Shown piece after piece: positions 1 to 12,290 of a stretch of DNA of 60,344 nucleotides. The position numbers and the translations under genes are program-made. Within the stretch, counting starts at the first letter, position 1, and the number at the start of each line of letters is the position of its first letter. The stretch is from NCBI RefSeq assembly GCF_001194135.2, contig NC_068998.1, positions 30,041,835-30,102,178 of the forward strand, read 5' to 3'. The notes below the pieces were generated by a model. That model ran no database searches, was not told the DNA's origin, and saw only the letters and a program-made list of their open reading frames with translations. This DNA is from Octopus bimaculoides. Its lineage: Eukaryota.

Positions 1-345
1 TTTTTTTTTCGAGCGGGATCATTTGACAGTGCCCCCGGACTGGCTCATGTGCGGGCGACACATGATATCTTTTGAGCGAGATCGCTGCCGGTGCCCCTGG
101 ACTGGCTCTTGTGCGGGTGGCACATAAAAGACACCATTTCGAGCGTGGCCGTTTTCGTGTGGGTGACACGTAAAAGCACTCACTACACTCTCTCAGTGGT
201 TGGCATTAGGAAGGGCATCCAGCTGTAGAAACTCTGCCAAATTAGATTGGAGCCTGGTGTTGCCACCCGGTTTCACCAGTCCTCAGTCAAATCGTCCAAC
301 CCATGCTAGCATGGAAGGTAGACGTTAAACGATGACGATGACGAA
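1..345 (+). mobile_element. 5'-truncated copy of an abundant RTE-LINE 3'-UTR (SINE-like) repeat, with ~57-bp tandem units at 1-175 and a (GAT/GAC)n tail
   Basis: Core 'gtggttggcattaggaagggcatccagctgtagaaactctgcc...ccaacccatgctagcatggaa...gttaaacgatgacg' recurs at ~1785, 16130, 19825, 21050, 40455, 45590 and 60167; at 45590 it is continuous with an RTE ORF. Confidence 0.8.
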
Positions 346-1782
346 GACCTTGGGAAAGGTTCTTCTTGAAATAAATATTAACAGGATTATCATGGAAAAG
401 AAAAATTAGTTAGAAACTGTTGAGTTGATACCATCATGTCAGGCACATCCTACTACATTATATATGCTTGCAGAAGCTTCCTTATAAAATAGTGTAGAGG
501 AATTACTAACTAGAAAAAGAAACTATTACTACTAATGCTTAGGGTAATAACAATAATATTGATTATGATAGTGATTTCTAACTCTGGCACAATACCCCAC
601 ATTTTATTAGAGATACAGTCAACTGAATGATCTTGTAATCGACTGCTTATATTTTACTGATACAAGAAAAGTTAAAGGAAAAGTAAACCTTAGTTGGAGA
701 TGTACTCACTATCATAGAATGCATCTGAATACTATAATGTATTTAGTCCAGCACTCTACCAAATCAAAAGACATACCTACAAGTGACGCTTGTACAAGGA
801 TCACATCAATTTTTGCAAAAATCACATATATGAACCTAGACAGTCACGAAATAATACTATTTAAGCTGAAAGGCTGATGAGTATAAGAACCAGCTAAATG
901 GTAAGCAAAATGATAATTGAAATAACAAAAGAAATGACATCTCTCTTCTGCACTATTGACTTTTGAAAGTATACAAATGAATATGAATAACTTCTGATAC
1001 AGAATATGCTATAATTCACTCTCACTGCTGCTCTGTTACAAAATCATTTATTTGTCTTTAATAGCAGTCCATTAGGATTAAATATGAAGATCACAGTTAA
1101 TTATTTTCAAGATTAGCCATTTGTATTATCTGGATGACTTGAAATTTTATTATCAGCTCCAAGCAGGAACTCAGTGAGTTTTGAGAAAGGTGAGCACACC
1201 ACTGCAAAGGATTGCAGGTCAGTTCAGTTTGATTGTATGAGAATGTCAAGACTTGACATTTAGTGGACTGTGTTTTCTAAATACCTTGAAGTAACTTAGA
1301 ACAGATATTCAAGGAGTAGTACTATCTTGGGTGTTGCTAACTGGACATAAGCTTGGGTTTCATCACATGAGTGAAGGTATATGATTGCTGAAAAACCTGA
1401 AACACCCGGTCACCCCAGGAAACAGGATGTATAGAAAAAACTTATGAAAGAAAACTTCAAAAAGGATTACAAAAGAAGTGATGAGTTAATGTTCAATACA
1501 AATGTATTCACTAGACAAAATTAAGTGATTAGGTTTTGTAATTTGTCTTACTCAGAAGCTTTGGAATAGAATGAGCAAAAATCAATACCATATTTATCAT
1601 ACAAATAAGAAAGCTACTCACCAGCTACAATAGGATGTGAATCCTTGGGCATAACGGAGTCAGTGGATCTATGAAGTATCGCATTGCATAAGTGGGTCTA
1701 AGTTTTATTCCTTATGAGAAAAACTATTGAGTGATAATCAGAAACAAAAACAGAAGTTGCAGTCAACCTCCTCCACTTTGTA

Positions 1783-1985
1783 CTCATCATCATCATCATC
1801 ATCATCATCATTTAATGTTTGTTGTCCATGCTGGCATGGATTGGATGGTTTGACTAGGGTTGGCAAGCTGGAAGGCTGCACCAGTCTCCAGTCTCATTTG
1901 GCATGGTTTCTACAGCTGGATACCCTTCCTAACGCCAACCACACTGAGAGTGTAATGGGTGCTTTTACGTGGACGTTTAACAGGT
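1783..1985 (-). mobile_element. RTE 3'-UTR/SINE-like repeat copy with (CAT)n tail
   Basis: (cat)n followed by 'tttaatgtttgttgtccatgctggcatgg...tttctacagctggatacccttcctaacgccaaccac'; reverse complement of the 1-345 core. Confidence 0.8.
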
Positions 1986-2479
1986 ACAAATTGGGTGTGG
2001 GTCCCAGTCATGTGAGTAGACATTCTCTCTCTTGCTCTCTTCACTATCTCTGTTTATTTGTTTTCCTTAAAAATAAGTGATCACAAAGTTGTCCTTTAAG
2101 ATATTTTGAGAATATTTGCAAAAACACACTCGTCATCATCATCTTTATTTATCAGAATTACTTGATAAATAAGGATGATAATGGTGACCTTGTTCTACAT
2201 CTCATTAATTACAACTGCCAAACTCACTCAACTACACATGAACATGATTCATTCTTCATCTTCAAAGCAAGAATAGATGAGTTTTTTCAAATCTGTGGAA
2301 ACTGCAGAGAAGTGTACATCATATGAATGAATCAGAAAATCTTATATTTACATAACAGCATTAAACTTTTACTAAACATACTACCATAAAAATCTTTGAA
2401 ACCAGTGAAAAACACAGAACTAGGCTTTGTGATCAGTTTTACTTGCTTAAATCACTCTGTCTTGACAGATGACGACGTC

Positions 2480-5400
2480 ATCTTTGATCCTTAGAGGTTG
2501 TCTTGATGGCATTGGTAGGCCTTCACGTGGCTGAAAAGGCTGATTCTGGAGGCACATGTCCAATTACACTGAGAGCAGCGAAGAGGGCTCAGACGAAGAT
2601 GAGCTCATCCAGGATTTTGCTGACGTTCCTTGAGCTGTCGCTGCTTTTCTTTGCGAAGTCTAGTCCGCTCATCCTCAAATTGCTGTGTACCAGTTTTTAC
2701 CATACCCCTCCAGGTAGTACGGTCTGTGGCCAGTGTTTCAAGTTCACTAAGGGTATGCTGCAGAGCTTCAGGGATTTCTTGAGATAATCTTTATATCGCT
2801 TCTTTGGACCTCCAGACGGTTGGTTACCCTCTGCTAACTCCCCAAAAGGGACAATCTTGGGTATATGGTTTTCCAGCGTCCTGATAACATGCCCCACCCA
2901 GCGCAGTTGACGTTAAAGGATCATGCATTCGATGCTGGTCAGTTTCGCTTGTCTCAGGCTTTCCGTATGTGGGATCTTGTCTTTCCAGGTCAGATGAAGA
3001 ATGCTCTGGGGACAGCAGATATGAAAAAATTTGAGGAGTTTGACATCATGGTGATAAAGTGTCCCGGTTTCTGAGGCATACAGAAGCGTGGGAACCACAA
3101 CAGCACGATAAACCTCAATTTTTGTGGAGAGATTCAGATCACAATTAAGGAAGACCCTATTCTTGAGACATCCAAAAGCGGAGGAGGCAAGGTGGATGCA
3201 ATTCTGAATTTCATGGTCAATGACCCCATTGCTTGAGATGATGCGACCCAAATAGGTGAATTTCTCTGTGTTTTTTAACTGGTTGTCTTGGATCGAAAGA
3301 GTCACAGGGAGTGAATCATTTTTGGAACGTTGAAGGATCTCTGTTTGCTTGATGTTGACCTGGAGTCCAGCCCGACAGTAGACATTGCACACAACATCTA
3401 GGTTCTGCTGAAGGCTGGCTGGTTCATGGGCAAGAGCTTTGCAGTCATTGGCATACTGTAATTCAAAGAGAGTGGTTGACTGAGTCTTTGTTAGTGATTT
3501 TAGTCTCCTCAAGTTGAAGAGACTCCCATCATGGCGATATCGAATTGGGATGCCATCTTCGGGGTTGAGGTCATAGCAAGATAGGTTCACATTGTAGAGG
3601 AGAGGAGCCAGGATACAGCCTTGTTTAACACCAACTTGAACGTTGAAGTAGCCAGACTGATCACCACCCAATATCACACGTGATTGCATGCCATCATGGA
3701 ACTGGTGTAGCATGGCAAGGAACACCTTGAAGAGGGCAGGGGCCAGGACACAGCCTTGTTTAACACCAACTTGAATGTTGAAGTAGTCAGACTGATCACT
3801 ACCCAATGTCACACCTGCTTGCATGCCGTCATGGGACTGGTGTAGCATGGCAAGAAGCTTAGGAGGGCATTCCATAGTAGTGGGTAGCTAATAATATCAA
3901 AAGCCTTAATTAGGTCAATAAAGGCAATCAAGGCATCATGCTGTTGTTCTCCGCACTTCTCTAACAGGAGGCGGGAGACAAAGACCATGTCAATAGTGCT
4001 ACAGTTAGCTCTAAAACTGCATTGAGACTCTGGGAGGATTACTTCAACGAAGTGGCCAAGACATCGAGAGAGCAGGACGTGTGCCAAGACCTTTCCTGCA
4101 ACATCCAGAAGTGAAATACCTCTGCTACTGTTGCAGTCTGAGCAATCTCCCTTCTTGAAGATAATGATTATGTCAGCGTGTTTCCAGCATTGAGGGATCA
4201 AGACACTTTTCCAACAGTAGAGGATAATCTGATGACGCTGGACAAGAGCAGGACCACCATATTTATAGATCTCCCCCGACACACCATCTGATCCAGGTGA
4301 TTTCCTGTTTTTTAAGTAGGAGAGAGCTGTACAGATTTCCACGAGGGAGGGTTCCATATCCAGCTCAGGGAGATGAGGGAGCTCGTCAGTCAGTATTGTG
4401 TCTGTAGGATTTATCTTGTTCAACAAGGAGTTGAAGTGTTCTGTCCATCTGTCACGGATCTGAGTTTTTTCCTTGTAGAGAGTGTTGCCGTCTGAAGATC
4501 GTATTGGATTGATATGATTGGAGGACGGACCATACATGGATTTGGTTGCAGTGTAGAATTTGTGGATCTTATTTTCATCTGCAAAATGTTGAATTTCTGC
4601 AGCTTTGTTCTTCCACCAAGTGTTCTGAATCTGCCTAAGTCTGCTCTGGCATTCCAAGCGAAGATCTTTCCAATTCTGGTGATGTGTGTTGGACCTGCTT
4701 GAGAGGTAGGCATCATGAGCCTGGTTTTTACTTCTGAGAAGAGGGAGGATCTCATCAGCAGATTCATCAAACCAGTCAGGATTATGATGTCTAGTGTGTC
4801 CTAGTTGTTCGGTTGTGACCAAGGAGATCAGGGAGATATGTTTGTCCCATATATCATCTAGATCCTCTTGGTTTACCGAGGTAGGATCGGGGAGTGGGAG
4901 AGTATCCAATTTGATGGCAAGCTGATCTTGAAAGAGGCCACGATTCTCAGGATCATACAGTTTCATGGCGTTCAGTCGTTTTGATGCTGTCAACTTTCGG
5001 CTAGGGGGTTAAATGTTGATTCTAAGCTTGGCGTGGATAAGGTTGTGATCCGTCCAGCAATCTGTTCCACGCATTGCGTGAGTATGGAGGACATCGCCCA
5101 TGTATTGATGACGGACAATGATGTAGTATAGGAGATGCCACTTTTTGGAATGTGGGGGCATCCATGACGTCTTGTAAATGTCCCACTGTTAAAAGAGGGT
5201 GTTAGTGATGCACAGGTCATACTCAGAGCAGAAGGTGAGTAGTCTCTGTCCATTAGCGTTTATTTTCCCTGTGTTGTGAGGACTGAGGATTCTTTGCCAG
5301 GTGGTATTGTCACATCCGACACGGGAGTTGAAGTCACCCATGAGTACAATCTTGTCCGATTGGGAAATGTTCTGAAACACAGTATGCAGAGAATCATAGA

Positions 5401-6530
5401 AGGCGTCTTTTATCTCTTCATCAGAGTCGAGAGTTGGTCCATAAACACTGAGAATTGTCAGAAAACATTTGTTTGAAAGTGGAATTTTGATTGTCATCAG
5501 ACACTTGCTGATACAGGAGGGTACTCCAGGAATTTTCTACAATAGGCTGTTCTTGATTGCGAAACAAACCCCATGCAAACAGGGCATCCGAGAGGGATGT
5601 CCTTTCCAGAAGAAGGTGTATCCACCAGCTTCTTCAGTGAGGGAATCCTCATTGGAGAAACGAGTCTCACTGAGTGCAGCAATGTCAATGTTGTAGCGCT
5701 TGAGTTTGGTGGCTACAAAAGCAGTGCGTTGCAGGGGTCGTCAAGTGTCCAGCTCATCATGTGAAACATCATCAAGGAGCGTACGAACATTCCAACATGC
5801 AAAGATGAGGTTCGAGGGTTTCTTTTTCTTTTTCAGTTTTGATGCTTGGTTTCGACTGCATGTTTGGGGATGACTCACTGGGAGCGGTTACCCAGTCGAA
5901 CAAGTGAGGACAAACTTTTTCTGAGTCACATTTTCTAGGCCCTTCCCCATGTGAGGCAGGCTGTGCTATCCCTGAAAAGGGTTGCCTGGACGCACAAACA
6001 GGACCAAGGTGGATGTTCGTCCATGGATCCATCCAACAATGACTATCTTACTTATGCCACCTGTGTGCAGGACTCCAACTAGAGGCTTCCAACTTCATCC
6101 TAGTCTTCCCCCATCGCCAGATAACCCCCATCGCCGCAGGACTTGCTGAGAGGATGAAAGAGAAGGAAGGATGAAAGGCGAAGCTTGTGCTGTGAAAAGT
6201 TTAAGGTGCCAGAGAGGATGCACAGTTCTCAGCTGCACGCACTTGACAGAAGGCGAAGTGGGTGTTCAATGGCAAGAGGAGTTTTGAGATGATTGACCCT
6301 TATCTTCTCCTGCAACAAGCTGCCAAAGTTGGTGGATAAGATCCTATGCTCTGCCTTAGGACCAGCCCATCTGGTCCTGTTTGAAGGCTTCTTGCGGCAA
6401 GCTGCTAGAACTCCAGTTTGTCATAGTCCACCTTTATAGCCAGCTTGCATGGTATTGCCCTCATCCAACTTCACTAAGAACAGATCTGCCATACCATAGC
6501 CCCGTTAGCCATGTTTTCAGGATTCAGGCT
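2480..6530 (-). mobile_element. Near full-length, frameshifted RTE-clade LINE (5' UTR, APE endonuclease, RT)
   Basis: ORF fragments: IAALSETR, SVYGPTLDS..MGDFNSRVG, TDHNL (APE); RGISLLDVAGKVLA, LPESQCSFR, FIDLIKAFD, GVKQGCVLAP, LQYANDC, FTYLG (RT). Ends approximate. Confidence 0.9.
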
Positions 6531-7384
6531 CTAAATATATATATATATATACATACATACTTATAAAAAAATGCAAATAAAAAAGATAAGAAATAAAAAA
6601 AGGTACAATGTGTGAATAAGAATTACATATAAATAATATTGTATAAAGAAAAGTAAAAGATNNNNNNNNNNNNNNNNNNNNNNNNNNNNNNNNNNNNNNN
6701 NNNNNNNNNNNNNNNNNNNNNNNNNNNNNNNNNNNNNNNNNNNNNNNNNNNNNNNNNNNNNNNNNNNNNNNNNNNNNNNNNNNNNNNNNNNNNNNNNNNN
6801 NNNNNNNNNNNNNNNNNNNNNNNNNNNNNNNNNNNNNNNNNNNNNNNNNNNNNNNAGAGAGTAAAAATATACATATATACATATAAACAAAATGGTATAT
6901 ACATATTTACAGACATTTTGTTGGATGGCCATTGACTGTTCAGGAGTTCATTCACCCTTTGGCAGGTCTTATTTTTCATCCCACACGGTGTCCAACAGTC
7001 ACCCTCCTCACCAAGCAAGCCTGTTGGGGTTGCCAGTTTAGTCGCTGATGACCCAACCATGCGACAGGTTGCACTGGATCACATGTTACCAGTAGGTCAC
7101 TTCAGTACTGGATGTCCAATATTAAATATGTAAACCAACTTAATCAGGCTAGACAGCATTAAATTGCAAAGGAAGCAATCAGCCATGACCTATATATTAT
7201 CTTCTTAAATAGTCTCATCATCATTGATAGAAATATGATTGTTAATTCACTAAAGACAAAGCAGATAGATTTTGAATTTGCTTTTTAAGAATTTTGGACT
7301 GAAACCTTGTGTTGAAATCAATATTGATATATTTGGGAAGAGCTATAATTGATAAAGCCTATAAACACACATTGGCTGTAGCTT

Positions 7385-7585
7385 ACTCTTTTACTCGTTT
7401 CAGTCATGCGACTCTGGCCATGCTGGAGCACTACCTTGAACGGTTTTAGTCAAACAAACCGACCCCAGGACTTATTTTTTAAGCCTAGTACTTATTGTGT
7501 CCGATCTTTTGCTGAACTACTAAGTTACAGGCACCAACACCGGTTGTCAAGTGGTGGTGGGGGACAGACACAAAGACACGCACAG
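7385..7585 (-). mobile_element. 3' half of a composite SINE
   Basis: 'tttcagtcatgcgactctggccatgctggagcac...ccccaggacttatt...gctaagttac...ggttgtcaag' matches 28690-28850 and 40255-40440. Confidence 0.75.
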
Positions 7586-7943
7586 ATAGTGAAAATTAAA
7601 TATATAATAAACTAGACCTTCGTCTTTCCTGTATACATAAAGCTACCTGCACTTTTAAATATTATAAGGACATTAAACAACCTCTATAATAGCTCCTAAC
7701 CTAGGGCCAATCTAATTTACTCTCTCTATTGTTGACCCAAAAGTCGATTGATCTGCTTAATTGTTTGAGTCCTTTTAGTCTTGTTCTTCTTTACCATTAC
7801 TTCTTAACCACTCTTACTATACTTGCATGGTATGCTATATTGAAGGAACTAAACATTCTATTTGTGATGTACTCATCATTATGCATTAGCAAAGCAAAGA
7901 TATCTAACCCAGAAGTAGCAGCCTGCAAACCCTAGCCAGTTTT

Positions 7944-8831
7944 GGACCTTTATGATTTGACGGGCAACATTTTTTTATGTAGTGTTTTTGGTACCGAAAT
8001 ACTTGCAAACTATTTTGTGGTATAGAACAGATAAGAAATTTTGTATTCGATGTTATTTCATGTTAAAAATTGTCTTATTTCGATAATTTCAACTAATCAC
8101 TGACGTCTATTCAGTTGAATACAGTTAGTGCTGTGACGGTGTATATGGTGTTAATCCCCGTTAGTTCTGATATTTCCGATTAACTAGACTGTTCGTAAAC
8201 AAAGGGGAAAAAGCCATCAAAATACTTAAATATTGCCTGCACTTGTTATTGGAGCTACCAGAATTATTAATGCACCNNNNNNNNNNNNNNNNNNNNNNNN
8301 NNNNNNNNNNNNNNNNNNNNNNNNNNNNNNNNNNNNNNNNNNNNNNNNNNNNNNNNNNNNNNNNNNNNNNNNNNNNNNNNNNNNNNNNNNNNNNNNNNNN
8401 NNNNNNNNNNNNNNNNNNNNNNNNNNNNNNNNNNNNNNNNNNNNNNNNNNNNNNNNNNNNNNNNNNNNNNNNNNNNNNNNNNNNNNNNNNNNNNNNNNNN
8501 NNNNNNNNNNNNNNNNNNNNNNNNNNNNNNNNNNNNCGTATAAATTATGATTAAACCAGATGAAATATGTCACAGGGAATAACACACTTAACACCGGCAG
8601 AAATTTATTGTTTACAAAAGAGCACTGACTGTATTCAGCTGAATAGATGTCAGTGATTGGTTGAAATTACAGAAATACGACAACTTTAACATGAAATAAC
8701 TTGCGATGTACAATTTTTTGTTAAGAAGGCTAAGAGAAAAAGTTGTTTCGTATGACACATTCCACCAGTGTCCCAAGTTTGAAAGTGTTTCGTTAAGAAA
8801 ACAAGTGTTGGTCGTCAAATCACAAAGATCC
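7944..8831. mobile_element. MITE with GGA(C/T)CT termini and 8-bp TSD (Merlin-like; superfamily uncertain), spanning an N gap
   Basis: TIRs GGACCTTTATGATTTGACG / CGTCAAATCACAAAGATCC; perfect TSD CCAGTTTT at 7936-7943 and 8832-8839; ~200-bp imperfect subterminal inverted repeats. Confidence 0.85.
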
Positions 8832-9822
8832 CCAGTTTTTTTTCCCAATTCCACTAAGTAAGTAACCCTTATACCAAGATAGTTATTTGTGTTGTACATG
8901 TTAAATAATAGATGGAACACACTATCTAAACTTCTTACCTGTAACTATTGTCCTGAGATGCATTACCTGATTCACACAATGGTGATTATACTAATTAAAT
9001 AATATCAGTACCACCTATATAACATTCCAAATTGTTAACCATTAGACTACTTCCTACTGCTGGTTTTCTTTGATATCTGATTTGGTATTTCCTCTAACTC
9101 AGTGCTAGATGTAGTTTATTATATAATCCCCTTTTTCTTTGAACTCCTTAATGATTTACTACCAGGTTTTTCCTCTCCAAGTAAACATGTCCTAAAACTA
9201 CTAGTGGTCTCCACTAACCCTTATAACATAATCATATCTAAAACAACACCCTACACCGTTTCATTTTACCAGATAAATCAATTATGCATAACACTACAAT
9301 TCCTTAAAAGTTAGAACTTAACATTTGATTGCCTTCATACCTTCCCCTAACATTCAACCTATATCCACAGAATGCCTCTAAATTCTGTGTATCTCTACCC
9401 TCCTCTTTTTGCTCTTTAGCCTTAGCTAGCAAATCCTAAACCTCAATCCTATGCCTAATTGGCTTTATTTATGCATTTATTCTTCCTCACTTTTACTTTT
9501 TGCTTTCTTTATTCTTTATCCTTACTATATCTTCGGTCCTCTCCCAGCTACCCACTTCTTTAAGCCTACTATAATAAAATATCACCTACACCCCACTCTA
9601 GCCTACTAAAGAACCAGTTTAGCAGACTCCAATCTCACCCGGGTCACTGACCTTAAATATCATATTACACATTTTCACAAACTATATTCTTAACCTAACC
9701 CCACCCCCTAATGCCCACAACAGCCAACCTTGTTGGTCATTCTCCCATTTCATAGTTAGCCTCGACAGACTTCAGCCACATCCCTGCTATATTCTTAAGA
9801 TATTCTTTTGTAAAATTACGTT

Positions 9823-9904
9823 TCATCTGAAGATTATGGTTTTTTGTAATAGAGTAATGTTCTCATTCTTCTATTTAAAAATGCATAAGAAACAGCTGTA
9901 ATGA
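9823..9904 (+). ncRNA. Type I hammerhead ribozyme motif with extended stem II
   Basis: TCAT-CTGAAGA-TTATG...CATAA-GAAA-CAGCTG-TA-ATGA; stems I and III and the base of stem II pair perfectly; GUA cleavage triplet; palindromic stem III. Confidence 0.8.
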
Positions 9905-9940
9905 GCTGACATCTATCCATTGTTTCTTATTATTCATTTG

Positions 9941-9944
<4 letters not shown>

Positions 9945-9983
<39 letters not shown>

Positions 9984-10132
9984 GCACACACAACGGGCTT
10001 CTTTTAGTTTTTGTCTACCAAATCCACTCACAAGGCTTTGATTGACTCAAGGCTATAGTAGAAGACACTTGCCCAAGGTGCTACACAGTGGGACTGAACC
10101 CAGAACCATGTGGTTGGGAAGCAAGCTTCTTG
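9945..10132 (-). mobile_element. tRNA-derived SINE 5' half with (TA)n(CA)n microsatellite
   Basis: 'cacttgcccaaggtgctacacagtgggactgaacccagaaccatgtggttgg' matches 28880-29055 and 40655-40810; B-box-like GGGTTCAGTCCC on the minus strand. Confidence 0.75.
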
Positions 10133-10238
10133 TCTATATTTCACTTCTCACTTTTTCAAAGCCACTTATATTTGTTTATGACCTGAAAAATACTTTTCCC
10201 TACATCAGTTTGAAGCTTTTTCAATAAGTATACATTAT

Positions 10239-10915
10239 GGATCTAGTTCAAAACGGGGGCACCAGTTTTCATTTATGTTTTATGTAGTGTTTTTGGTACC
10301 GAAAGACTTTCAAACTTCGTATACTTATCTACTTTGTGTTATAGAACAGAAAAAATTTTCATGTAAAAAATTGTCTTATTTCGATAATTTCAACCAATCA
10401 CTGACAAGTATTCAGCTGTTTACACTTACTCCTTTGGCAGTTTAAGCAGTGTAAAGCGTATTTAATCTCCATTTATAATTTCGTTAACATCTACCTGAAC
10501 TGTATGTGTACAACATTTGCTTTTTTCATTTTCTTTCACGCGTGTTTATTTCGTTAACATCTGCTTGAACTGTATGAAAGGTTTATTAGCTACTGCCTAA
10601 CCCTAACCCTAACCCTACTGCCAATATGCTTCAGCCATTTTTTGACAAGGAAATAATAATTTTATCACTGCCAGAATCGTTTGAGAATCATTTGTTTACG
10701 TAGTCAGCACTTACTGTATTCGACTGAATGGACGTCAGTCATTGGTTGAAATTACAGAAATACGACAACTTTAACATGAAATAACTTGCGATGTATGTTT
10801 TTTTGTTAAGAAGACTAAGAGAAAAAGATGTTTTATATGACACATTCTACCAGTGTCCCAAGTTTCAAAGTGTTTCGTTAAGAAAATACTGGTGCCCCCG
10901 TTTTGAACTAGATCC
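10239..10915. mobile_element. MITE with GGATCT termini, 8-bp TSD and internal (CCCTAA)3
   Basis: 28-bp perfect TIR GGATCTAGTTCAAAACGGGGGCACCAGT; TSD TACATTAT at 10231-10238 and 10916-10923; subterminal arms homologous to the 7944-8831 element. Confidence 0.9.
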
Positions 10916-11299
10916 TACATTATTTCTTTTAAATATTTAGTTTTTTGATTTTACATTTTTATTTGTCAAATCACTATGGTAGTAAACATGCAACCTAATG
11001 ACATTTTTATTTACTTATGGCTTTATTTTTTGAGTAACGAGAACATTACTAGAGGTATGGATTTCTCTATTAGGTACCATCATACCACAAAGATGTTGGT
11101 TACATCTCCAGCAATGGTTACATCCTTTTCTTGATTATATGATATATTATTAAATTTAAATATATGTTCTTTTAGTGATGCTTTTATGCCAGCACAGCTG
11201 CATGTGCCGTCATCTTTCTTATTTGATCGTAGTTTTAATAATAATGTTGTACTCCCATTATGTAAATGACGTAAACATTGCAATTAAGACCACTCACTA

Positions 11300-12290
11300 A
11301 GATGGCACCCAGGAAACAGAAAAAACCATACTGTGGAATAGATCCAACAAAGCAAATACTATCCATAACATTAAACACCCCATTCAACACCCCAATAAAA
11401 GGCTACTGGTATTTTAACTGTGGCCAGAAATTATAGATGATAAGACAAACTTTTACTCACTTAATATATGAAATCTATTGCCAGTAAGCACCAGATCTTC
11501 CAGAGCTCTACAATGTCAACAAGTGCAAATATTAACAAACCTAGTAAGGATCATAAGAAACATATCTCCTATGCATCTACCACATACAATTCTTCAGATA
11601 CAGCCAACAAGATTGACTCAGAGTATATAAAGGAGGCAGAAAAAGTTTGAAACCATCATAGTAATAATGCTAATAGAATGTGCCCCATGTACCATGACAA
11701 ATTCTGGAACAGACTTGAAAGGAAAAGAAGAAAACGGGACAAGAAAATCTGGTATAACAAAAAAATACAAGGTGTGATGTTCATCAATGCTATACCCAAA
11801 GGTTAATTAGCCTGAAAATTTAAAAAACAGCACTGTATGACACAAAACTTTACAATCAAAGTTGTAGAAAATCAGGTAGATCCAACAAATCATTGCTGTA
11901 TAAAAAAGCATTTAAGAAAACATTTTGCACTAATGACTGCAAAGTATGTGCAACAGACCTAAAAATAAACTGCAAAATTAGAGACATTGTGTCCCATACA
12001 AAATGCATGAAATGACAATGTAGAAATAGCACCGCAACTTACATAGGAGTAACATCATGTAGCCTATGTGAAAGAATTTCAGCACATTGGAGAGAGAGTA
12101 CAATGAGAGTAAACAAGCATTCAAAATAAAGAAGCTATACAAATACAGGAGGCAGGCCCTCACCCACACAAATAGAATATGAAGAATGACTGGGTTAACA
12201 ACACAAGACCAAAATAATACAATAATAAAGTTTAAATAAGTCCCAAGAACAATAATGTCCACCTGACATGCAAACAGGTGATGCTTGCAA
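11300..12290 (+). mobile_element. Degenerate Penelope-like element, C-terminal region with GIY-YIG endonuclease
   Basis: Translation DCKVC...NCKIRDIV...KCMK*QC...TYIGVTSCSLCERISAHW fits the PLE Cys linker plus YIGxT motif; several stops. Confidence 0.6.

Noticed and set aside
865-960. CTGATGAG core and an ATG|GTAAGC donor-like site (possible hammerhead or CHMP3 exon 1)
   Set aside because: No stem II or GAAA in register, and no MGLFG-like coding sequence upstream.
5772-6530. HDV-like ribozyme expected in the RTE 5' UTR
   Set aside because: I could not trace a nested double pseudoknot by eye; it needs a descriptor search.
7040-7085. CTGATGA followed by a CAACC/GGTTG hairpin
   Set aside because: No GAAA core; the segment looks like a reversed RTE 5'-UTR fragment.
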